Assembly (NCBI GenBank): GCA_964057225.1
Contig: OZ059900.1
Span: 15,872,001-15,936,000 of the forward strand
DNA length: 64,000 nucleotides
Direction: 5' to 3'
From: Auanema rhodensis
Taxonomy: Eukaryota; Animalia; Nematoda
This document shows positions 28,501-39,600 of this stretch, in pieces. Within the stretch, counting starts at the first letter, position 1; every line of letters begins with the position of its first letter. Under the pieces are notes generated by a model that was not told the origin of the DNA, made no database searches, and saw only the letters and a list, made by a program, of their open reading frames with translations. A program made the translations under genes and the position numbers.

Positions 28501-31120
28501 TTGACTTACGATTTCATGTGTTCAAACTCATGCAATGTCAATGAAACCTAGCTCAAAATTGTTCGTACAACGTCTAGTTCCACTTTCACGACAAAAAAAC
28601 AGGGGTTAGAAAATTAAGGAAATTAGCATATTCTGAGGGCACGCCCCTTATGGCTAATATTGATTAAATCGATTTTTGTTCATATGAGTCGTCAAATGCA
28701 ACGAATTTCAGCGTGTTACATACTAAAATGAAGCATTTTACATGCTGAACACTAAAAAAATACAAAAACACAGTATTTCCCATGAGAAATATTTTATTAT
28801 GCTGGAAAACGAGTTTTTGGAAATTTCGCTGTAAACAAGGTTTTGACTTACGATTTCATGTGTTCAAACTCATGCAATGTCAATGAAACCTAGCTCAAAA
28901 TTGTTCCTACAACGTCTAGTTCCACTTTCACGACAAAAAAACAGGGGTTAGAAAATTAAGGAAATTAGCATATTCTGAGGGCACGCCCCTTATGGCTAAT
29001 ATTGATTAAATCGATTTTTGTTCATATGAGTCGTCAAATGCAACGAATTTCAGCGTGTTACATACTAAAATGAAGCATTTTACATGCTGAACACTAAAAA
29101 AATACAAAAACACAGTATTTCCCATGAGAAATATTTTATTATGCTGGAAAACGAGTTTTTGGAAATTTCGCTGTAAACAAGGTTTTGACTTACGATTTCA
29201 TGTGTTCAAACTCATGCAATGTCAATGAAATCTAGCTCAAAATTGTTCCTACAACGTCTAGTTCCACTTTCACGACAAAAAAACAGGGGTTAGAAAATTA
29301 AGGAAATTAGCAGATTCTGAGGGCACGCCCTTTATGGCTTATATTGATTAAATCGATTTTTGTTCATATGAGTCGTCAAATGCAACGAATTTCAGCGTGT
29401 TACATACTAAAATGAAACATTTTACATGCTGAACACTATAAAAATACAAAAACACAGTATTTCCCATGAGAAATATTTTATTATGCTGGAAAACCAGTTT
29501 TTGGAAATTTCGCTGTAAACAAGGTTTTGACTTACGATATCATGTGTTCAAACTCATGCAATGTCAATGAAACCTAGCTCAAAATTGTTCCTACAACGTC
29601 TAGTTCCACTTTCACGACAAAAAAACAGGGGTTAGAAAATTAAGGAAATTAGCATATTCTGAGGGCACGCCCCTTATGGCTAATATTGATTAAATCGATT
29701 TTTGTTCATATGAGTCGTCAAATGCAATTAATTTCAGCGTGTTACATACTAAAATGAAGCATTTTACATGCTGAACACTAAAAAAATACAAAAACACAGT
29801 ATTTCCCATGAGAAATATTTTATTATGCTGGAAAACGAGTTTTTGGAAATTTCGCTGTAAACAAGGTTTTGACTTACGATTTCATGTGTTCAAACTCATG
29901 CAATGTCAATGAAATCTAGCTCAAAATTGTTCCTACAACGTCTAGTTCCACTTTCACGACAAAAAAACAGGGGTTAGAAAATTAAGGAAATTAGCAGATT
30001 CTGAGGGCACGCCCTTTATGGCTTATATTGATTAAATCGATTTTTGTTCATATGAGTCGTCAAATGCAACGAATTTCAGCGTGTTACATACTAAAATGAA
30101 ACATTTTACATGCTGAACACTATAAAAATACAAAAACACAGTATTTCCCATGAGAAATATTTTATTATGCTGGAAAACCAGTTTTTGGAAATTTCGCTGT
30201 AAACAAGGTTTTGACTTACGATTTCATGTGTTCAAACTCATGCAATGTCAATGAAACCTAGCTCAAAATTGTTCCTACAACGTCTAGTTCCACTTTCACG
30301 ACAAAAAAACAGGGGTTAGAAAATTAAGGAAATTAGCATATTCTGAGGGCACGCCCCTTATGGCTAATATTGATTAAATCGATTTTTGTTCATATGAGTC
30401 GTCAAATGCAATTAATTTCAGCGTGTTACATACTAAAATGAAGCATTTTACATGCTGAACACTAAAAAAATACAAAAACACAGTATTTCCCATGAGAAAT
30501 ATTTTATTATGCTGGAAAACGAGTTTTTGGAAATTTCGCTGTAAACAAGGTTTTGACTTACGATTTCATGTGTTCAAACTCATGCAATGTCAATGAAATC
30601 TAGCTCAAAATTGTTCCTACAACGTCTAGTTCCACTTTCACGACAAAAAAACAGGGGTTAGAAAATTGAGGAAATTAGCAGATTCTGAGGGCACGCCCTT
30701 TATGGCTAATATTGATTAAATCGATTTTTGTTCATATGAGTCGTCAAATGCAACGAATTTCAGCGTGTTACATACTAAAATGAAACATTTTACATGCTGA
30801 ACACTATAAAAATACAAAAACACAGTATTTCCCATGAGAAATATTTTATTATGCTGGAAAACGAGTTTTTGGAAATTTCGCTGTAAACAAGGTTTTGACT
30901 TACGATTTCATGTGTTCAAACTCATGCAATGTCAATGAAACCTAGCTCAAAATTGTTCGTACAACGTCTAGTTCCACTTTCACGACAAAAAAACAGGGGT
31001 TAGAAAATTAAGGAAATTAGCATATTCTGAGGGCACGCCCCTTATGGCTAATATTGATTAAATCGATTTTTGTTCATATGAGTCGTCAAATGCAACGAAT
31101 TTCAGCGTGTTACATACTAA
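20520..31120 (+). repeat. Block duplication of about 14 monomers (about 20,520-25,300 vs 26,334-31,120; offset 5,814 bp = 17 monomers)
   Basis: The rare CGATATC variant occurs at 23,725 and 29,539, and the order of monomer variant types matches at the positions compared. Confidence 0.85.
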
Positions 31121-34100
31121 AATGAAGCATTTCACATGCTGAACACTAGAAAAATACAAAAACACAGTATTTCCCATGAGAAATATTTTATTATGCTGGA
31201 AAACCAGTTTTTGGAAATTTCGCTGTAAACAAGGTTTTGACTTACGATTTCATGTGTTCAAACTCATGCAATGTCAATGAAACCTAGCTCAAAATTGTTC
31301 GTACAACGTCTAGTTCCACTTTCACGACAAAAAAACAGGGGTTAGAAAATTGAGGAAATTAGCATATTCTGAGGGCACGCCCCTTATGGCTAATATTGAT
31401 TAAATCGATTTTTGTTCATATGAGTCGTCAAATGCAATTAATTTCAGCGTGTCACATACTAATATGAAGCATTTTACATGCTGAACACTAAAAAAATACA
31501 AAAACACAGTATTTCCCATGAGAAATATTTTATTATGCTGGAAAACGAGTTTTTGGAAATTTCGCTGTAAACAAGGTTTTGACTTACGATTTCATGTGTT
31601 CAAACTCATGCAATGTCAATGAAACCTAGCTCAAAATTGTTCCTACAACGTCTAGTTCCACTTTCACGACAAAAAAACAGGGGTTAGAAAATTAAGGAAA
31701 TTAGCAGATTCTGAGGGCACGCCCTTTATGGCTTATATTGATTAAATCGATTTTTGTTCATATGAGTCGTCAAATGCAACGAATTTCAGCGTGTTACATA
31801 CTAAAATGAAACATTTTACATGCTGAACACTATAAAAATACAAAAACACAGTATTTCCCATGAGAAATATTTTATTATGCTGGAAAACCAGTTTTTGGAA
31901 ATTTCGCTGTAAACAAGGTTTTGACTTACGATTTCATGTGTTCAAACTCATGCAATGTCAATGAAACCTAGCTCAAAATTGTTCGTACAACGTCTAGTTC
32001 CACTTTCACGACAAAAAAACAGGGGTTAGAAAATTAAGGAAATTAGCATATTCTGAGGGCACGCCCCTTATGGCTAATATTGATTAAATCGATTTTTGTT
32101 CATATGAGTCGTCAAATGCAACGAATTTCAGCGTGTTACATACTAAAATGAAGCATTTCACATGCTGAACACTAGAAAAATACAAAAACACAGTATTTCC
32201 CATGAGAAATATTTTATTATGCTGGAAAACGAGTTTTTGGAAATTTCGCTGTAAACAAGGTTTTGACTTACGATTTCATGTGTTCAAACTCATGCAATGT
32301 CAATGAAATCTAGCTCAAAATTGTTCCTACAACGTCTAGTTCCACTTTCACGACAAAAAAACAGGGGTTAGAAAATTGAGGAAATTAGCAGATTCTGAGG
32401 GCACGCCCTTTATGGCTTATATTGATTAAATCGATTTTTGTTCATATGAGTCGTCAAATGCAACGAATTTCAGCGTGTTACATACTAAAATGAAACATTT
32501 TACATGCTGAACACTATAAAAATACAAAAACACAGTATTTCCCATGAGAAATATTCTATTATGCTGGAAAACCAGTTTTTGGAAATTTCGCTGTAAACAA
32601 GGTTTTGACTTACGATTTCATGTGTTCAAACTCATGCAATGTCAATGAAACCTAGCTCAAAATTGTTCCTACAACGTCTAGTTCCACTTTCACGACAAAA
32701 AAACAGGGGTTAGAAAATTAAGGAAATTAGCATATTCTGAGGGCACGCCCCTTATGGCTAATATTGATTAAATCGATTTTTGTTCATATGAGTCGTCAAA
32801 TGCAACGAATTTCAGCGTGTTACATACTAAAATGAAGCATTTCACATGCTGAACACTAGAAAAATACAAAAACACAGTATTTCTCATGAGAAATATTTTA
32901 TTATGCTGGAAAACGAGTTTTTGGAAATTTCGCTGTAAACAAGGTTTTGACTTACGATTTCATGTGTTCAAACTCATGCAATGTCAATGAAATCTAGCTC
33001 AAAATTGTTCCTACAACGTCTAGTTCCACTTTCACGACAAAAAAACAGGGGTTAGAAAATTAAGGAAATTAGCAGATTCTGAGGGCACGCCCTTTATGGC
33101 TTATATTGATTAAATCGATTTTTGTTCATATGAGTCGTCAAATGCAACGAATTTCAGCGTGTTACATACTAAAATGAAACATTTTACATGCTGAACACTA
33201 TAAAAATACAAAAACACAGTATTTCCCATGAGAAATATTTTATTATGCTGGAAAACGAGTTTTTGGAAATTTCGCTGTAAACAAGGTTTTGACTTACGAT
33301 TTCATGTGTTCAAACTCATGCAATGTCAATGAAATCTAGCTCAAAATTGTTCCTACAACGTCTAGTTCCACTTTCACGACAAAAAAACAGGGGTTAGAAA
33401 ATTGAGGAAATTAGCAGATTCTGAGGGCACGCCCTTTATGGCTTATATTGATTAAATCGATTTTTGTTCATATGAGTCGTCAAATGCAACGAATTTCAGC
33501 GTGTTACATACTAAAATGAAACATTTTACATGCTGAACACTATAAAAATACAAAAACACAGTATTTCCCATGAGAAATATTTTATTATGCTGGAAAACCA
33601 GTTTTTGGAAATTTCGCTGTAAACAAGGTTTTGACTTACGATTTCATGTGTTCAAACTCATGCAATGTCAATGAAACCTAGCTCAAAATTGTTCCTACAA
33701 CGTCTAGTTCCACTTTCACGACAAAAAAACAGGGGTTAGAAAATTAAGGAAATTAGCATATTCTGAGGGCACGCCCCTTATGGCTAATATTGATTAAATC
33801 GATTTTTGTTCATATGAGTCGTCAAATGCAACGAATTTCAGCGTGTTACATACTAAAATGAAGCATTTCACATGCTGAACACTAGAAAAATACAAAAACA
33901 CAGTATTTCTCATGAGAAATATTTTATTATGCTGGAAAACGAGTTTTTGGAAATTTCGCTGTAAACAAGGTTTTGACTTACGATTTCATGTGTTCAAACT
34001 CATGCAATGTCAATGAAATCTAGCTCAAAATTGTTCCTACAACGTCTAGTTCCACTTTCACGACAAAAAAACAGGGGTTAGAAAATTAAGGAAATTAGCA

Positions 34101-36593
34101 GATTCTGAGGGCACGCCCTTTATGGCTTATATTGATTAAATCGATTTTTGTTCATATGAGTCGTCAAATGCAACGAATTTCAGCGTGTTACATACTAAAA
34201 TGAAACATTTTACATGCTGAACACTATAAAAATACAAAAACACAGTATTTCCCATGAGAAATATTTTATTATGCTGGAAAACCAGTTTTTGGAAATTTCG
34301 CTGTAAACAAGGTTTTGACTTACGATTTCATGTGTTCAAACTCATGCAATGTCCATGAAACCTAGCTCAAAATTGTTCGTACAACGTCTAGTTCCACTTT
34401 CACGACAAAAAAACAGGGGTTAGAAAATTAAGGAAATTAGCATATTCTGAGGGCACGCCCCTTATGGCTAATATTGATTAAATCGATTTTTGTTCATATG
34501 AGTCGTCAAATGCAACGAATTTCAGCGTGTTACATACTAAAATGAAGCATTTTACATGCTGAACACTAAAAAAATACAAAAACACAGTATTTCCCATGAG
34601 AAATATTTTATTATGCTGGAAAACGAGTTTTTGGAAATTTCGCTGTAAACAAGGTTTTGACTTACGATTTCATGTGTTCAAACTCATGCAATGTCAATGA
34701 AATCTAGCTCAAAATTGTTCCTACAACGTCTAGTTCCACTTTCACGACAAAAAAACAGGGGTTAGAAAATTAAGGAAATTAGCAGATTCTGAGGGCACGC
34801 CCTTTATGGCTTATATTGATTAAATCGATTTTTGTTCATATGAGTCGTCAAATGCAACGAATTTCAGCGTGTTACATACTAAAATGAAACATTTTACATG
34901 CTGAACACTATAAAAATACAAAAACACAGTATTTCCCATGAGAAATATTTTATTATGCTGGAAAACCAGTTTTTGGAAATTTCGCTGTAAACAAGGTTTT
35001 GACTTACGATTTCATGTGTTCAAACTCATGCAATGTCAATGAAACCTAGCTCAAAATTGTTCCTACAACGTCTAGTTCCACTTTCACGACAACAAAACAG
35101 GGGTTAGAAAATTAAGGAAATTAGCATATTCTGAGGGCACGCCCCTTATGGCTAATATTGATTAAATCGATTTTTGTTCATATGAGTCGTCAAATGCAAC
35201 GAATTTCAGCGTGTTACATACTAAAATGAAGCATTTCACATGCTGAACACTAGAAAAATACAAAAACACAGTATTTCCCATGAGAAATATTTTATTATGC
35301 TGGAAAACCAGTTTTTGGAAATTTCGCTGTAAACAAGGTTTTGACTTACGATTTCATGTGTTCAAACTCATGCAATGTCAATGAAACCTAGCTCAAAATT
35401 GTTCGTACAACGTCTAGTTCCACTTTCACGACAAAAAAACAGGGGTTAGAAAATTAAGGAAATTAGCATATTCTGAGGGCACGCCCCTTATGGCTAATAT
35501 TGATTAAATCGATTTTTGTTCATATGAGTCGTCAAATGCAACGAATTTCAGCGTGTTACATACTAAAATGAAGCATTTTACATGCTGAACACTAGAAAAA
35601 TACAAAAACACAGTATTTCTCATGAGAAATATTTTATTATGCTGGAAAACCAGTTTTTGGAAATTTCGCTGTAAACAAGGTTTTGACTTACGATTTCATG
35701 TGTTCAAACTCATGCAATGTCAATAAAACCTAGCTCAAAATTGTTCGTACAACGTCTAGTTCCACTTTCACGACAAAAAAACAGGGGTTAGAAAATTAAG
35801 GAAATTAGCATATTCTGAGGGCACGCCCCTTATGGCTAATATTGATTAAATCGATTTTTGTTCATATGAGTCGTCAAATGCAACGAATTTCAGCGTGTTA
35901 CATACTAAAATGAAGCATTTTACATGCTGAACACTATAAAAATACAAAAACACAGTATTTCCCATGAGAAATATTTTATTATGCTGGAAAACCAGTTTTT
36001 GGAAATTTCGCTGTAAACAAGGTTTTGACTTACGATTTCATGTGTTCAAACTCATGCAATGTCAATGAAACCTAGCTCAAAATTGTTCGTACAACGTCTA
36101 GTTCCACTTTCACGACAAAAAAACAGGGGTTAGAAAATTAAGGAAATTAGCATATTCTGAGGGCACGCCCCTTATGGCTAATATTGATTAAATCGATTTT
36201 TGTTCATATGAGTCGTCAAATGCAACGAATTTCAGCGTGTTACATACTAAAATGAAGCATTTCACATGCTGAACACTAGAAAAATACAAAAACACAGTAT
36301 TTCCCATGAGAAATATTTTATTATGCTGGAAAACCAGTTTTTGGAAATTTCGCTGTAAACAAGGTTTTGACTTACGATTTCATGTGTTCAAACTCATGCA
36401 ATGTCAATGAAACCTAGCTCAAAATTGTTCGTACAACGTCTAGTTCCACTTTCACGACAAAAAAACAGGGGTTAGAAAATTAAGGAAATTAGCATATTCT
36501 GAGGGCACGCCCCTTATGGCTAATATTGATTAAATCGATTTTTGTTCATATGAGTCGTCAAATGCAACGAATTTCAGCGTGTTACATACTAAA

Positions 36594-36680
36594 ATGAAAT
36601 TTCCAGCATAAAAAAATATTTCTCATGGGAAATACTGTGTTTTTGTATTTTTCTAGTGTTCAGCATGTGAAATGCTTCAT
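36594..36680. other. Inversion junction and centre of a giant inverted repeat (77-bp spacer, 36,599-36,675)
   Basis: The junction reads ...CATACTAAAATGAAATTTCCAGCATAAAAAAATATTTCTC... The forward monomer stops after ATGAA (36,594-36,598) and the reverse monomer starts at about monomer position 81 (36,600). ATGAA pairs with TTCAT at 36,676-36,680. Confidence 0.97.
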
Positions 36681-36699
36681 TTTAGTATGTAACACGCTG

Positions 36700-39600
36700 A
36701 AATTCGTTGCATTTGACGACTCATATGAACAAAAATCGATTTAATCAATATTAGCCATAAGGGGCGTGCCCTCAGAATATGCTAATTTCCTTAATTTTCT
36801 AACCCCTGTTTTGTTGTCGTGAAAGTGGAACTAGACGTTGTAGGAACAATTTTGAGCTAGGTTTCATTGACATTGCATGAGTTTGAACACATGAAATCGT
36901 AAGTCAAAACCTTGTTTACAGCGAAATTTCCAAAAACTGGTTTTCCAGCATAATAAAATATTTCTCATGGGAAATACTGTGTTTTTGTATTTTTCTAGTG
37001 TTCAGCATGTAAAATGCTTCATTTTAGTATGTAACACGCTGAAATTCGTTGCATTTGACGACTCATATGAACAAAAATCGATTTAATCAATATTAGCCAT
37101 AAGGGGCGTGCCCTCAGAATATGCTAATTTCCTTAATTTTCTAACCCCTGTTTTTTTGTCGTGAAAGTGGAACTAGACGTTGTACGAACAATTTTGAGCT
37201 AGGTTTTATTGACATTGCATGAGTTTGAACACATGAAATCGTAAGTCAAAACCTTGTTTACAGCGAAATTTCCAAAAACTGGTTTTCCAGCATAATAAAA
37301 TATTTCTCATGAGAAATACTGTGTTTTTGTATTTTTCTAGTGTTCAGCATGTAAAATGCTTCATTTTAGTATGTAACACGCTGAAATTCGTTGCATTTGA
37401 CGACTCATATGAACAAAAATCGATTTAATCAATATTAGCCATAAGGGGCGTGCCCTCAGAATATGCTAATTTCCTTAATTTTCTAACCCCTGTTTTTTGT
37501 CGTGAAAGTGGAACTAGACGTTGTACGAACAATTTTGAGCTAGGTTTTATTGACATTGCATGAGTTTGAACACATGAAATCGTAAGTCAAAACCTTGTTT
37601 ACAGCGAAATTTCCAAAAACTGGTTTTCCAGCATAATAAAATATTTCTCATGAGAAATACTGTGTTTTTGTATTTTTCTAGTGTTCAGCATGTAAAATGC
37701 TTCATTTTAGTATGTAACACGCTGAAATTCGTTGCATTTGACGACTCATATGAACAAAAATCGATTTAATCAATATTAGCCATAAGGGGCGTGCCCTCAG
37801 AATATGCTAATTTCCTTAATTTTCTAACCCCTGTTTTTTGTCGTGAAAGTGGAACTAGACGTTGTAGGAACAATTTTGAGCTAGGTTTCATTGACATTGC
37901 ATGAGTTTGAACACATGAAATCGTAAGTCAAAACCTTGTTTACAGCGAAATTTCCAAAAACTGGTTTTCCAGCATAATAAAATATTTCTCATGGGAAATA
38001 CTGTGTTTTTGTATTTTTATAGTGTTCAGCATGTAAAATGCTTCATTTTAGTATGTAACACGCTGAAATTCGTTGCATTTGACGACTCATATGAACAAAA
38101 ATCGATTTAATCAATATTAGCCATAAGGGGCGTGCCCTCAGAATATGCTAATTTCCTTAATTTTCTAACCCCTGTTTTTTTGTCGTGAAAGTGGAACTAG
38201 ACGTTGTACGAACAATTTTGAGCTAGGTTTTATTGACATTGCATGAGTTTGAACACATGAAATCGTAAGTCAAAACCTTGTTTACAGCGAAATTTCCAAA
38301 AACTGGTTTTCCAGCATAATAAAATATTTCTCATGAGAAATACTGTGTTTTTGTATTTTTCTAGTGTTCAGCATGTAAAATGCTTCATTTTAGTATGTAA
38401 CACGCTGAAATTCGTTGCATTTGACGACTCATATGAACAAAAATCGATTTAATCAATATTAGCCATAAGGGGCGTGCCCTCAGAATATGCTAATTTCCTT
38501 AATTTTCTAACCCCTGTTTTTTGTCGTGAAAGTGGAACTAGACGTTGTACGAACAATTTTGAGCTAGGTTTTATTGACATTGCATGAGTTTGAACACATG
38601 AAATCGTAAGTCAAAACCTTGTTTACAGCGAAATTTCCAAAAACTGGTTTTCCAGCATAATAAAATATTTCTCATGGGAAATACTGTGTTTTTGTATTTT
38701 TATAGTGTTCAGCATGTAAAATGTTTCATTTTAGTATGTAACACGCTGAAATTCGTTGCATTTGACGACTCATATGAACAAAAATCGATTTAATCAATAT
38801 TAGCCATAAAGGGCGTGCCCTCAGAATATGCTAATTTCCTTAATTTTCTAACCCCTGTTTTTTTGTCGTGAAAGTGGAACTAGACGTTGTAGGAACAATT
38901 TTGAGCTAGGTTTCATTGACATTGCATGAGTTTGAACACATGAAATCGTAAGTCAAAACCTTGTTTACAGCGAAATTTCCAAAAACTCGTTTTCCAGCAT
39001 AATAAAATATTTCTCATGGGAAATACTGTGTTTTTATATTTTTTTAGTGTTCAGCATGTGAAATGCTTCATTTTAGTATGTAACACGCTGAAATTAATTG
39101 CATTTGACGACTCATATGAACAAAAATCGATTTAATCAATATTAGCCATAAGGGGCGTGCCCTCAGAATATGCTAATTTCCTTAATTTTCTAACCCCTGT
39201 TTTTTTGTCGTGAAAGTGGAACTAGACGTTGTACGAACAATTTTGAGCTAGGTTTCATTGACATTGCATGAGTTTGAACACATGAAATCGTAAGTCAAAA
39301 CCTTGTTTACAGCGAAATTTCCAAAAACTGGTTTTCCAGCATAATAAAATATTTCTCATGGGAAATACTGTGTTTTTGTATTTTTCTAGTGTTCAGCATG
39401 TGAAATGCTTCATTTTAGTATGTAACACGCTGAAATTCGTTGCATTTGACGACTCATATGAACAAAAATCGATTTAATCAATATTAGCCATAAGGGGCGT
39501 GCCCTCAGAATATGCTAATTTCCTTAATTTTCTAACCCCTGTTTTTTTGTCGTGAAAGTGGAACTAGACGTTGTACGAACAATTTTGAGCTAGGTTTTAT

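Larger units (their letters stand above)
1..36598 (+). repeat. 342-bp satellite array, forward block (107 complete monomers plus the first 5 nt of a 108th)
   Basis: ATGAAGCATTTTACATGCTGAACAC recurs at 1, 343, 685 and 1026, then at every multiple of 342 up to 36,594 (342x107). Only the monomer at 685-1025 is 341 bp (A7 to A6 near 892). Copies differ by a few substitutions at about 15 recurrent sites. Confidence 0.99.

Noticed and set aside
36594-36680. Transposon insertion or terminal inverted repeats at the orientation switch
   Set aside because: Every base is explained by satellite sequence in one orientation or the other, with no foreign DNA or target-site duplication.
36252-37022. Simple long-read fold-back chimera
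   Set aside because: The mirrored monomers carry different variants and the arms have distinct variant sets. Misassembly still needs a read-level check.
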